A DNA stretch of 64,000 nt, taken from contig JADJOR010000002.1 in NCBI GenBank assembly GCA_016713665.1, positions 1,051,035-1,115,034 of the forward strand. The letters are read 5' to 3'. Below, one piece after another: positions 49,267 to 58,762 of this stretch. Each line of letters starts with the position of its first letter. The first letter of the stretch is position 1. The translations under genes were made by a program, and so were the position numbers. The notes below the pieces were generated by a model, which made no database searches, was not told the DNA's origin, and worked only from the letters and a program-made list of their open reading frames with translations. The stretch is from Deltaproteobacteria bacterium. GTDB taxonomy: Bacteria; Myxococcota_A; UBA9160; UBA4427.

Positions 49267-49438
49267 GCCGCGGAATGAAGCGCGCATTCGGGCAGATTTT
49301 CACGGACGCGGGCGAGGGATTCGCTGCATCTCGATCGAGGCGGGGCGCGCCGGCTTCGTTTCCCCATCGATCCGGCCCGGTCGAAATCGTCGAGCGATCG
49401 GATGGCCACGCGAAGGTTCCCTGACCTAGCTTCTCTTC

Positions 49439-50609
49439 ATGCCCATCCAGCCGTTCAAAATTGAGCTCCCCGACACCCTCCTCTCCGACCTCCACGCCCG
49501 CCTGGCCAACACCCGCTGGCCCGCCGAATCCCCGAGCGCCCTCCTGGCGCCTCGGCATCCCAGAGAGCGTGCTCCGCTCCGCCATCACCCACTGGCAATC
49601 CGCCTACGACTGGCCGGCGCGCCAAGCGAGGATGAACGCCTGGCCCCACTTCCTGACCACCGCCGCCGGCGAGCAGCTCCACTTCATCCACGTCCGCTCG
49701 CCCCATCCGAACGCGACGCCGCTCCTCCTGACCCACGGCTGGCCCGGCTCCTTCGTCGAGTTCCTCGACGTTCTCGGCCCGCTCTCCGACCCGACGGCCC
49801 ATGGCGGTGACGCGGCGGATGCCTTCCACGTCGTCGTCCCCTCGATGCCGGGCTACGGGTTCTCAGGACCGACGACGCAGTCGGGCTTCGACGTCCACCG
49901 CGTCGCCGACGCCGTCGCCGAGCTGATGGCCCAGCTCGGCTACGGACGTTATGTCGCCCAGGGCGGGGACTGGGGCGCGATCGTGACCCGCCGGCTGGGG
50001 GAGGCCTACGCCGACCGGCTCCTCGGGGTCCACTTCAACATGATCTTCGCGCTCCCCGACGCGAGCGATCTGGATCCGATGGCGGGGGTGACCGACGCGG
50101 AGAAGGCGCGCTTCGCCGCGGCGGCGGCGCGCATCGCCGACGGGACCGGCTACATGGCGATCCAGAGCACGAAGCCCGAGACGCTGGCCTACGGGCTGAC
50201 CGATTCGCCGACGGGGCTCGCCGCCTGGATCCTCGAGAAGTTTTACGTCTGGAGCGACCTCGACGAGGGCGGTCTCGCCGCGACCTTCGGCTGGGATCGC
50301 TTGCTCGACAACGTGATGGCCTACTGGGCGACCAACACGATCGCCTCCGCCGCCCGCCTCTACGCCGAGTCCCGCCTCGCGGGCACGGCCGCCGACCAGC
50401 CCTGGAGCGGCCGCGTCGACGTCCCGACCGGCTACTCGCATCATCCCTACGAGCTGATGCAGACGCCGCGCGCCTGGGCGGAGAAGCGCTACCGCATCGT
50501 CCATTGGAACGAGCAGGCGCGGGGAGGGCACTTCGCGGCCTTCGAACGACCGGGGCAGTTCGTCGAGGATCTGCGGGCGTTCCGGCGGGTGTTGGCGGGC
50601 GTTCGCTGA
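49439..50609 (+). pseudogene. Epoxide hydrolase (EHN N-terminal domain plus alpha/beta hydrolase), frameshifted near the N-terminus
   Basis: MPIQPFKIELPDTLLSDLHARLANTRWPAE in one frame, then ...WRLGIPESVLRSAITHWQSAYDW...HGWPGSF in the next (track ORFs 49439.. and 49461..50609). The switch is at the C4 run at about 49530-49533. Confidence 0.75.
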
Positions 50610-50673
50610 GGCCGATTCCCGAAGCTCGATCGGGTGGCTTTCCGGGGGACGACGACGAGCGTCGTTGCCCCAG

Positions 50674-51231
50674 CTAGCGGAGCACCCGCATCAACACGAG
50701 CGCGACGCAGAGCACGATCGAGGCGATCAGGATGCAGTAGCTCCAGCGCAGGAAGCGGTACTTGGAGCGGGCGACGGCCACGCCCTGCGCGTGGATGTCG
50801 CGCACGATGGCGGCCGTGAGGGCGTTCGTATCAGAAAGAAGCTCGCCCATTTCGCGCTGGTAGCGCTCGAGCGGAAGCTCGGCGAAGTGCAGGAAGAAGA
50901 GCAGGTTGAGCTTGTCCGGATCGCCGGGGCGATAGCGACCGGGCAGCGCGCAGAGAATCGCGAGCACGAGCGCGAGGGCCGAGCCGGAGAGCAGGACGAG
51001 CAGCGCGGGGCGGAAGTCCGTGTCGCCGAGCTGGGTGAGCCCGACGCTGAAGATCAGGGCGGACACGGTGATGAGGATGTTGGCCTTCGCGTCGGCCAAC
51101 GCGCTGAAATGGATGAGCCCCTGCTGCAGGGTCCGGAGCGCGTAGTCGACCGTGCTCCGGCTCTCGATCTCGGAGAAGAGCTGCCCCTCGGCGGCGGGAC
51201 CCGGATCGTCCTGGCGGGGCGTGGCGAGCAT
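50674..51231 (-). CDS. DUF5706 / Pycsar-effector-like (PycTM-like) membrane protein
   Basis: ATG 51231 follows a GAGGGAG SD. An N-terminal helix with FSALADAKANILITVSALIF is followed by 2-3 TM helices. This is a by-eye family assignment. Confidence 0.45.
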   Translation of the reverse strand: MLATPRQDDPGPAAEGQLFSEIESRSTVDYALRTLQQGLIHFSALADAKANILITVSALIFSVGLTQLGDTDFRPALLVLLSGSALALVLAILCALPGRYRPGDPDKLNLLFFLHFAELPLERYQREMGELLSDTNALTAAIVRDIHAQGVAVARSKYRFLRWSYCILIASIVLCVALVLMRVLR

Positions 51232-51491
51232 GACTCCCTCAGCGCGCACGAGCCACGCAGGCGGAGAATAACCTCCGGGGATTGCGCGGGACAGGCCGCC
51301 CTTGCTCCACGACGGCTCGAACCTGCGATCCGGCCCGGCCGGCCTCGGGCGCGCTCTCCACTCGCGATGGCCCGCTCGCCCGCTTCGGACGATCCGCGAC
51401 ACCGCCGGTGACCCGCGCCACTGAGCCCCTGCCCATTCCGGTCGATCCGCCCAGCCTGATCCCCACGCAGACTGAGCAAGGAGGGCCCCCC

Positions 51492-51950
51492 ATGGCCTTC
51501 GGAATCCGCAGCAAGCCGACCCGCGTCCCGATGCACGAGGCGCTCGACGGCACGCCGCAGCCGACGAGCGAGACCTATCTCGATGCCGGCTCGGTCCTGA
51601 CCGGCGAGCTGCGCTTCGCCGGCAACGTCCGGCTCGAAGGGCGCGTCGAGGGACAGATCCACGCGGGCCAGGCGGTGATCGTCGGCGAGCATGCGGAGAT
51701 CGATGCCTCGATCGAGGCCGAGACCCTCGAGGTCTACGGCACGGTCGTCGGTGACATCCGCGTCGCGCGCCAGACCGTCCTCCACAAATCGGCGCGGGTC
51801 GAAGGCGAGATCCAGACCGCGGGCATCGTGGTCGAGGAGGGCGCCCGCTTCAAAGGCTGCATCCTGATCGGCCGGGACGATCCGCGCCCGGCGCCGACCC
51901 CGGCGGTCGCGGCGCTCGACGTGCCTTCGCTCGCGGCGGTTCGGGATTAG
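51492..51950 (+). CDS. Bactofilin (polymer-forming cytoskeletal protein, DUF583)
   Basis: ATG 51492 follows an AAGGAGGG SD. It has the characteristic beta-helical repeat (GNVRLEGRVEGQIHAGQAVIVGEHAEIDASIEAETLEVYGTVVGDI...). Confidence 0.85.
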   Translation: MAFGIRSKPTRVPMHEALDGTPQPTSETYLDAGSVLTGELRFAGNVRLEGRVEGQIHAGQAVIVGEHAEIDASIEAETLEVYGTVVGDIRVARQTVLHKSARVEGEIQTAGIVVEEGARFKGCILIGRDDPRPAPTPAVAALDVPSLAAVRD

Positions 51951-52361
51951 GCGAACGGGGGGCGGGCGGCGTTCGGCGAAGTGTGCACTCGCAGAGCGAC
52001 TCGGTGCCCGGGGCAGGCCGGCGCGCTTGCGCGCCTCGCGAAGGAGTGGGGCGAGTTTCATGATGTCGCGATAGCCAGATGGCCATCGCCGCGACGACCA
52101 GCGGGCCTGCTGGGGGCGATTGAGAACGGGCGCACAACGGGATCGATACGCTCCTCTGCGCTTCGATGAGAAATCGATCGGTGTCCCGAAGCCCAGCCGT
52201 GCCTGGAAGTCTTCCTCGCGTCCCGCGGGGCCTCCGGCTATTTATAAGAGCGATGGGCGCGCCTCGTCCCCGCCCGATCTGCCTCCGATCCTCGAGCTCC
52301 GATACCCGCCCGCGCGCGTCTGCGATCGGACATCGCCGCGGGACGGCTCCTTCGCCGACGG

Positions 52362-52859
52362 TCAGCCCGGCACGATCGTCGTCCTCGGCCCCTGACGCTT
52401 CGCCCCGAGCCGCGGCATCAGCGACTCCTCGTGAATCTCCTGCAGCTCGATCAGGTTTCCGAACGGATCCCGGCCGTAGGTCGTCTGGAGCCCGTAGCTG
52501 CTCTGCGGGACGCAGGTGAACGTCATCCCCGCTTCCGTTAGGCGCCGATGGATGGCTTCGATATCGGTGACGTCGAGAGCGATGTGGGTGAACCCGTAGC
52601 GGTTCACGGCGGGCGCGGGATCGAGGGGCGCGGGGACGGGCTTCTCGAACTCGAAGATCTCGAGGTAGAGGTTGCCGGCCTCGAGCAGCATGGCCCGACC
52701 CGAGCCGCCCTCGACGCCCATCACGCGGTCGACGAGCGGCGCGTCGCGCCAGCCGTCGCGGAAGATCTCCTCGAAGCCGAGGATCCCGACGTAGAACGCG
52801 TGGGCGCGGTCGAGGTCGGGGACGGACATCGCAATGTGGTGGACGCCGTGGATGGGCAT
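52362..52859 (-). CDS. VOC (glyoxalase/bleomycin resistance/dioxygenase) family protein
   Basis: Start at MPIHGVHHIAMSVPDLDRAHAFY. There is a second beta-alpha-beta-beta-beta module with GFTHIALDV and DPFGNLIEL. Confidence 0.8.
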   Translation of the reverse strand: MPIHGVHHIAMSVPDLDRAHAFYVGILGFEEIFRDGWRDAPLVDRVMGVEGGSGRAMLLEAGNLYLEIFEFEKPVPAPLDPAPAVNRYGFTHIALDVTDIEAIHRRLTEAGMTFTCVPQSSYGLQTTYGRDPFGNLIELQEIHEESLMPRLGAKRQGPRTTIVPG

Positions 52860-53121
52860 GTCGGGTCTCCAAGGTGCGGGCAAACCTCTGCATTCCGGGA
52901 CGCGAGGGCCGTGTTTTGAATAGCTTGGGTCACGATTCGTCGGGCCGCACCCTGCGCGGACGGCCTGCGGGCTTCGGGTACGGGGAGCCTGAAGGGGAGT
53001 GACGTGATACGGTGTTGGCATCGAAATCGCTGGCGCACTGGCGTTCGGGGCCGTGCTCGGGGGTCCTCGATCCGCATTGCGTGGCGCCCGGCGCCGGCAA
53101 CCGAGAGCGGGAGGGACTGCC

Positions 53122-53703
53122 ATGAATCGCGTCGATCTCGAGAGCTGGCTCTACCGAAATGCGGACTCGACTCGTCTGTCGACCCACGAGCTGATCGATC
53201 GCTGCGAGGCCGAGGTCCGCAGCCACGCCGAGGTGATCGCCTGGAAGCACGCGCTCCGCGTCGCCGCGGCGACCCTGCGCCGCTTCGACGGCCAGTTCGG
53301 CCTGCCTGCGAGCGAGATCTTCGTGACCCGCGAGGTCTGCCACGAGGTCGCCCGGGAGCTGAGTCGTCACGAGCCGGAGCTCGGCTCGATCGATGAGACG
53401 GCGTGGTTGAGCCACGCGATCCTGGATTCGATCGATCCCGAGGACCGAAGGGTCTTCCGGGTCTGGGTGCGGCAGATCGCCGAGCGGGAGGAGCATCGAA
53501 TCTGGCACGAGGTCGTCGTCTTCACGCATCACGTCGCGCGCGCCTTGATCGAGAAGGCCCACCTGACGGGCGAGCTCGACTGGACCTTCGAGCGGACCTA
53601 TCCGAAGGTGGCGACCCGCGTGATGCAGCTGCTGCTCCGCGAATATGCCGCACACCTTCGCGAGTCCCGGAAGGAGAGGGCGGCGCAGGCCGCGCTCCAC
53701 TAG
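53122..53703 (+). CDS. Hypothetical all-helical protein
   Basis: ATG 53122 follows a GGGAGGGA SD. It is 193 aa with no motif I recognise. Confidence 0.5.
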   Translation: MNRVDLESWLYRNADSTRLSTHELIDRCEAEVRSHAEVIAWKHALRVAAATLRRFDGQFGLPASEIFVTREVCHEVARELSRHEPELGSIDETAWLSHAILDSIDPEDRRVFRVWVRQIAEREEHRIWHEVVVFTHHVARALIEKAHLTGELDWTFERTYPKVATRVMQLLLREYAAHLRESRKERAAQAALH

Positions 53704-53886
53704 GACCCGGCGACCCACCTCCGATTCGTCCCGATTCCGCCCCGGATTCGAACGCGAATCCACGCCGACTCTTCACGGATGAGCGGGGGATTCTGGACGA
53801 CACTCTGTCGCAGTCCGACCGGAACGACCGGCTCGGATCGACGCGCCCCCCCGCCGTCAGGACGCGAGCAGCCGCGGAGGGAATCC

Positions 53887-56508
53887 ATGCGACGAGATTG
53901 GGACTTCGACCAGATCCTGGGTCGGCGCGCGCGCGTCGACTTCCATCTCCATTCCTACGCATCGAACACGACCGACTACTACGCCTCGAACTCGCTCGCG
54001 ATCCCGGAGTCCTACTCCGATCCGATCGAGACCTGGCGCCTGCTCAAATCTCGGGGGATGGACCTCGTCACCCTGACGGACCACAACTCGATCGCTGGCG
54101 TCAAGGAGATGCTCGACGCCGGGCTCGAGGACGTCTTCATCAGCGCCGAGATGACGGCGACCTTTCCCGAAGACGGCTGCAACATCCATGTCACGGCGGC
54201 GAACATCTCCGAGGAGGAGTTCGCCGAGATCGATCGCCTCCGGCCGAATCTCTACGAGATGCTGGCCTACCTCGACGAGCGGATCCGGACCGAGGCCGAG
54301 CGACCGGACGGTCGCCGGATCGCCTACTTCATGACCCATCCCCTGATGAGCACGAAGAACCGCCCGTATGGGCGCGAAGGCGCGCTCTCGATCCGACACA
54401 TCGAGCGCGCGATGCTGCTCTTCGAATGCATCGAGACCCAGAACGGCGCCCGGGCGCGCTCGGGCAACGACCTGACGGCCCACATGGTCGAATCGCTCGA
54501 CGAGAAGCGGATCCTCGAGCTCGCGGCGAAGCACGAGCTCGAGCCTCGGGGCGCGATCCCGTGGCGCAAAGCCGTCGTCGGCGGCTCCGACGATCATTCG
54601 GGGATCAATCCGGGCCGGACCTGGACCGAGTTCGAATACCACGGGGAGCGGCCGCGGCCGAACGACGTGATCGACTCGATCCGACGGCGATCGACGACGA
54701 CGGGCGGCATGCACGGCGGGCCGGTGACCCTCGCCCACGCCCTCGTCAAGCTGGTCTACGACGGCCAGAACCACCGACAGCGCGCCGAGCAGGCGACCCG
54801 GCTCCACCTCTCGGACCCGATCAACCTGCTGCTCGGCTTCGCTTTCGAGAAGCCCTCGGCGTCCCTGCGATCGCGCGCGGCCCTGCGGCTGCGCATCGCG
54901 CTCCAGACCGTCTTCGCGCGACCCTTCGCCCGGCTCGTCGACCGGCGCGAGTCCTTCGAACGGGTCTTCCTCGGCGAGGCCCAGACGCTGCTCGCCGACG
55001 AGAGCTTCCGGGGGCGCCTGACGGGCATCGGATCGACCGACGACAAGATCTTCCTGATCATCAGCACGCTCCTCGATCGGCTCTTCCTCCGCTATGCGGA
55101 GCGGATCCGGAGCCAGCCGCCCGGGGACATGGTCCGGACGATCAAGGAGTCGATCGCGCTGGTCAGCTCGAACCTGCTGGTCTCCCTCCCGTACTTCGTC
55201 TCCTACGCGAACTTCGGGACGGACCGTTTGCTGAACCGCGACGTCCGCCGCGCCTTCGACCTGCGACAGACCGAGCGCCTGCTGCTCGTGACCGACACGC
55301 TCTTCGACGTGAACGGAGTCGCGCTCACGATCCGGAAGATCCTGCGCGAGGCGGAGCGCCGCGGCATCGACCTCACGGTCGTGACCGCCCTGGCGGAGCA
55401 CGAGCGCGCCGCGGGGCTCGCGGATCCGGAGATCGCAGCGCTCGTCGCGCAGGGGCGCCTCAAGATCTTCACCGCCCTCGCGAGCGCCGATCTGCCCGAG
55501 TACCAGGAGCTCCAGCTGCGGCTGATCCCGTTCCTCGACCTCCTGCGCTTCGCCCAGGAGGGGGGCTTCAGCAAGGTCCAGATCTCGACCCCCGGCCCGG
55601 TCGGTGTGCTCGGTCTGCTCGCCGCGAAGCTGCTCGGACTCGAGACCGCGGCGACCTACCACACGAGCTTCCCGGAGTACGTCGAGGAGTACACGAAGGA
55701 CGTGAGCCTCGAGGCGCTGGCGTGGCGCTACATGGTCAGCTTCTACCACTGGGTCGACGAGGTCGTGGTCCCCTCGCGCTACATCGCGCAGCTCCTCCAC
55801 AAGCGCGGCCTGCGCAATCGCAACCTGCTCGTGCTCGATCGCTGGGTCGACCTCGAGCGGTTCCACCCCCGGCATCGCACGCCCGGCTTCTGGACGCGCT
55901 TCGGCCTCGACGACGAGGCGGCGCGGGTCAAGCTCGTCTACGTGGGCCGCATCGGCGCGGAGAAGAACCTCGACGTCCTGGCCCACGCCTATCGAAGCCT
56001 CCATGCGGAGCATCCCGAGGCCCATCTCGTGATCATCGGCGGCGGCCCCTACCGAGGCGAGCTCGAGGCGTTGCTCGAGGGGCTGCCCGTGACCTTCACG
56101 GGCTATCTCGGCGGCGACGATCTCTCCCGCGCGATCGCCTCGGCCGACGCGAAGCTCTTCCCGAGCACGACCGATACCTGGGGCAACGCGCCGCTCGAGG
56201 CCCAGGCCTCCGGGCTCCCGGTCGTGGTCTCCGATCGCGGCGGACCGCAGGAGCTGATGGAGGACGGGGTCACGGGCTTCCGGGTCCGGGGCGGAGACGT
56301 CCAGTCGCTGCTCGCCGCGATGCGCGCCCTGATGGATCGCGACCTGCGCGAGCGGATGGGCCACGATGCGCGCGCGTTCGTCGAGGCGAACGACGTGCCC
56401 GAGCCCTACTCGGCGATCCTCGAGAGCACGATCTACCGCGGGCGCCGACGGAGCGAGAAGCTCCTGGCCGGGCTGCTTCGCCACGAGGACGACGCGGCGT
56501 CGGCATGA
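53887..56508 (+). CDS. PHP-domain phosphoesterase fused to a GT4-family glycosyltransferase
   Basis: The N-terminus has the PHP motifs VDFHLHSYAS and LTDHNSIAG...GGSDDHSG. The C-terminal GT-B domain carries GRIGAEKNLDVL and FPSTTDTWGNAPLEAQASGLPVV (EX7E). Confidence 0.75.
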   Translation: MRRDWDFDQILGRRARVDFHLHSYASNTTDYYASNSLAIPESYSDPIETWRLLKSRGMDLVTLTDHNSIAGVKEMLDAGLEDVFISAEMTATFPEDGCNIHVTAANISEEEFAEIDRLRPNLYEMLAYLDERIRTEAERPDGRRIAYFMTHPLMSTKNRPYGREGALSIRHIERAMLLFECIETQNGARARSGNDLTAHMVESLDEKRILELAAKHELEPRGAIPWRKAVVGGSDDHSGINPGRTWTEFEYHGERPRPNDVIDSIRRRSTTTGGMHGGPVTLAHALVKLVYDGQNHRQRAEQATRLHLSDPINLLLGFAFEKPSASLRSRAALRLRIALQTVFARPFARLVDRRESFERVFLGEAQTLLADESFRGRLTGIGSTDDKIFLIISTLLDRLFLRYAERIRSQPPGDMVRTIKESIALVSSNLLVSLPYFVSYANFGTDRLLNRDVRRAFDLRQTERLLLVTDTLFDVNGVALTIRKILREAERRGIDLTVVTALAEHERAAGLADPEIAALVAQGRLKIFTALASADLPEYQELQLRLIPFLDLLRFAQEGGFSKVQISTPGPVGVLGLLAAKLLGLETAATYHTSFPEYVEEYTKDVSLEALAWRYMVSFYHWVDEVVVPSRYIAQLLHKRGLRNRNLLVLDRWVDLERFHPRHRTPGFWTRFGLDDEAARVKLVYVGRIGAEKNLDVLAHAYRSLHAEHPEAHLVIIGGGPYRGELEALLEGLPVTFTGYLGGDDLSRAIASADAKLFPSTTDTWGNAPLEAQASGLPVVVSDRGGPQELMEDGVTGFRVRGGDVQSLLAAMRALMDRDLRERMGHDARAFVEANDVPEPYSAILESTIYRGRRRSEKLLAGLLRHEDDAASA

Positions 56509-58160
56509 GCGCAGGAAGCCATTCCGGGCTCGGGCTCTACCGCCTCTGGCCCGCTCGCTTGTTGCTCTCCCGCGCGAAGCATCCCTCGCTCGCGGGCCAC
56601 GTGCGCATGGGCAAGCGGCTCGCGCGCCTGCTGCCCTACTACGAGTACGACGAGCGGGAGTTCCTGCGTGTCGATGGCTGTCCGGACGAGGTTGCGAGCC
56701 GGCGGGCCGCAGGCCTCGCGGCGCTCTCGAAGCGCTCGAGCGAGAAGGCGCCGATCACGCTCGAGAAGACCGAGGAGCTCCTCGAGGGCGTCTCGGATTT
56801 CGTCTTCACCGACGCCTACCGCGTCCCCTTCCAGTTCCGAAGGCAGCTCGGACGCTGGCTGCGCGTCGGCGCGTTTCGCGACGCCTCGTCGGGTGTCAAG
56901 CTCCGGGATCTCGACGGCAACTGGAGCTACGACCTGACGGGCTCCTACGGGGTCAACGTCTTCGGGCTCGACCTCTACAAGGAGTGCATCGAGCGGGCGT
57001 CGGAGCGGGTGCGTGAGCTCGGTCCGCTGCTCGGCCCCTACCACCCCATCATCCTCGACAACGTCCGCCGGCTGAAGGCAATTTCGGGGCTCGACGAGGT
57101 CTCGTTCCACATGTCGGGGACCGAGGCCGTCATGCAGGCCGTGGCCCTCGCCCGATACCATACCGGGCGCAGCCATCTCGTTCGCTTCTGCGGCGCCTAC
57201 CATGGCTGGTGGGACGGAGTTCAGCCGGGGATCGGGACGTCGCGCGAGGTCCACGACGTCTACACCCTCTCGGAGGGGAGCGACGCGACCCTGCGCGTCC
57301 TCGAGACGCGCAAAGACATCGCCTGCGTCCTCGTCAACCCGTTGCAGGCGCTCCATCCGAATTCGCCGGCCCCGGGCGACTCGACCCTCGTCCACTCCGG
57401 CCGCCGCGCCCATTTCGATCGCGCCGGCTACACCGCCTGGCTCGCGAAGCTGCGCGAGGTCTGCACGCGCCGCGGCATCGTCCTGATCCTCGACGAGGTC
57501 TTCCTGGGCTTCCGATTGGCTCGGGGCGGGGCGCAGGAGTACTTCGGCGTCGAAGCCGACCTCGTGACCTACGGCAAGACGCTCGGGGGCGGGCTGCCGA
57601 TCGGCGTCGTCTGCGGGAAGCGCGCGCTCATGCGGCGCTTTCGCGAGGACCGGCCCTCCGACGTGCTCTTCGCCCGGGGGACCTTCAACGCCCATCCCTA
57701 CGTCCTGGCCGCGATGAACGAGTTCCTGAAGCGGCTCGACGACGAGGATTTGCGCGAGAGCTACGCGAACCTCGACGCGCGCTGGAACGGGCGGGTCGCA
57801 GCCCTGAACGAGCGCCTCGAGGCCCGCGGCCTTCCGGTGCGCTTCGCCAACCTGACCTCGGTCTGGACGACGCTCTTCACGGCCCCGTCCCGCTACAACT
57901 GGATGTTCCAGTTCTACCTGCGCGCCGAGGGCCTCACGCTCTCGTGGGTCGGGAGCGGACGCCTGATCTTCAGCCACGCCTACGGCGAGGACGATTTCCG
58001 CGAGGTCGCGCAGCGGATCGAGCTCGCCGCCGAACGGATGGCGGCCGACGGCTGGTGGTGGTCCGACGGCCGCGAGAGCGATTCGGACATCGCCCGTAGC
58101 ATCCTGAAGCGCGCGCTCTTCAGCCGAGCTTCGGGTCGATCAGCTCGCGGTGGACGATGA
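56505..58160 (+). CDS. Class-III (GSA-aminomutase-like) PLP-dependent aminotransferase with N-terminal extension
   Basis: There is an ATGA start/stop overlap with the upstream gene. Motifs: SGTEAVMQAVALAR, ILDEVFLGFR, and the PLP-Lys context DLVTYGKTLGGGLPIG. Confidence 0.8.
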   Translation: MSAGSHSGLGLYRLWPARLLLSRAKHPSLAGHVRMGKRLARLLPYYEYDEREFLRVDGCPDEVASRRAAGLAALSKRSSEKAPITLEKTEELLEGVSDFVFTDAYRVPFQFRRQLGRWLRVGAFRDASSGVKLRDLDGNWSYDLTGSYGVNVFGLDLYKECIERASERVRELGPLLGPYHPIILDNVRRLKAISGLDEVSFHMSGTEAVMQAVALARYHTGRSHLVRFCGAYHGWWDGVQPGIGTSREVHDVYTLSEGSDATLRVLETRKDIACVLVNPLQALHPNSPAPGDSTLVHSGRRAHFDRAGYTAWLAKLREVCTRRGIVLILDEVFLGFRLARGGAQEYFGVEADLVTYGKTLGGGLPIGVVCGKRALMRRFREDRPSDVLFARGTFNAHPYVLAAMNEFLKRLDDEDLRESYANLDARWNGRVAALNERLEARGLPVRFANLTSVWTTLFTAPSRYNWMFQFYLRAEGLTLSWVGSGRLIFSHAYGEDDFREVAQRIELAAERMAADGWWWSDGRESDSDIARSILKRALFSRASGRSARGGR

Positions 58161-58746
58161 GGCGATAGGGCGCCTTCCAATAGGTCCGCACGTCGTTGAA
58201 CGGATCGGTCACGATCTTCGCGAACCAGACGATGCCGGTCTGGACGTCGCGGATGAAGAAGAGCTGCACGGTCCGGAAGAGCAGGGCGCCGACGCCGACC
58301 GCCAGCCAGAGCATCGTCAGATCCTCGACGTAGCTGCCCGCGAGGGTGTAGGGACGGATCAGCCCGTAGAGGTCCGGCTCGAGATAGAGCAGGATCGGCG
58401 CCGCCAGGAAGACGCCGAAGAGGGCGATCTTGCGCGTCAGGTTGTAGCCGATCTTGACGTCTTCCTTCTCCTGATGGGTCATGCCGTTGACGTGGTCGTA
58501 GCCGTTGGGCTCGAAGAAGAAGTGGCCGATCTGGCGCGAGATCCAGGCGCCGAGCCAGCCGATCCAGACCGCCAGCGCCTGGTCGATCGCGAGCAGCGCG
58601 TACGAGGTCAGGAAGCAGCAGGCGCTGAAGAGGTGGAGGCTCTGGTTGATCCGGCTGTGGTGGTAGAAGCGGTGGTCGTCCCAGCGCTGCTCGCGCAGGG
58701 CTTCCCGGAAGCTCTGCTTCTGGACGGGGATCAGGGCGGTCTGCAT
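58120..58746 (-). CDS. Mpo1-like / DUF962 membrane protein
   Basis: YHHSRINQSLHLFS and IGHFFFEPN His motifs within 4-5 TM helices resemble the DUF962 (yeast Mpo1) family. Confidence 0.5.
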   Translation of the reverse strand: MQTALIPVQKQSFREALREQRWDDHRFYHHSRINQSLHLFSACCFLTSYALLAIDQALAVWIGWLGAWISRQIGHFFFEPNGYDHVNGMTHQEKEDVKIGYNLTRKIALFGVFLAAPILLYLEPDLYGLIRPYTLAGSYVEDLTMLWLAVGVGALLFRTVQLFFIRDVQTGIVWFAKIVTDPFNDVRTYWKAPYRLIVHRELIDPKLG

Positions 58747-58762
58747 CGTTCACGTCTCCTGG

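Larger units (their letters stand above)
41201..49438. other. Putative tRNA-Lys-adjacent genomic (defence) island, no integrase detected
   Basis: It starts at the tRNA 3' end. Content is accessory (lipoprotein, exo-RecQ, UvrD-like, AbiEi/AbiEii) and includes visibly AT-richer patches (e.g. 47621-47704). Housekeeping-type genes resume at 49439. Confidence 0.45.

Noticed and set aside
51951-52361. Possible XRE-type HTH gene remnant on the minus strand (MKLAPLLREARKRAGL... from 52061), plus an AT-rich tttataag patch at about 52245
   Set aside because: Only about 16 residues look HTH-like before the sequence degenerates in all frames. I cannot reconstruct a gene, so the region is left unannotated.
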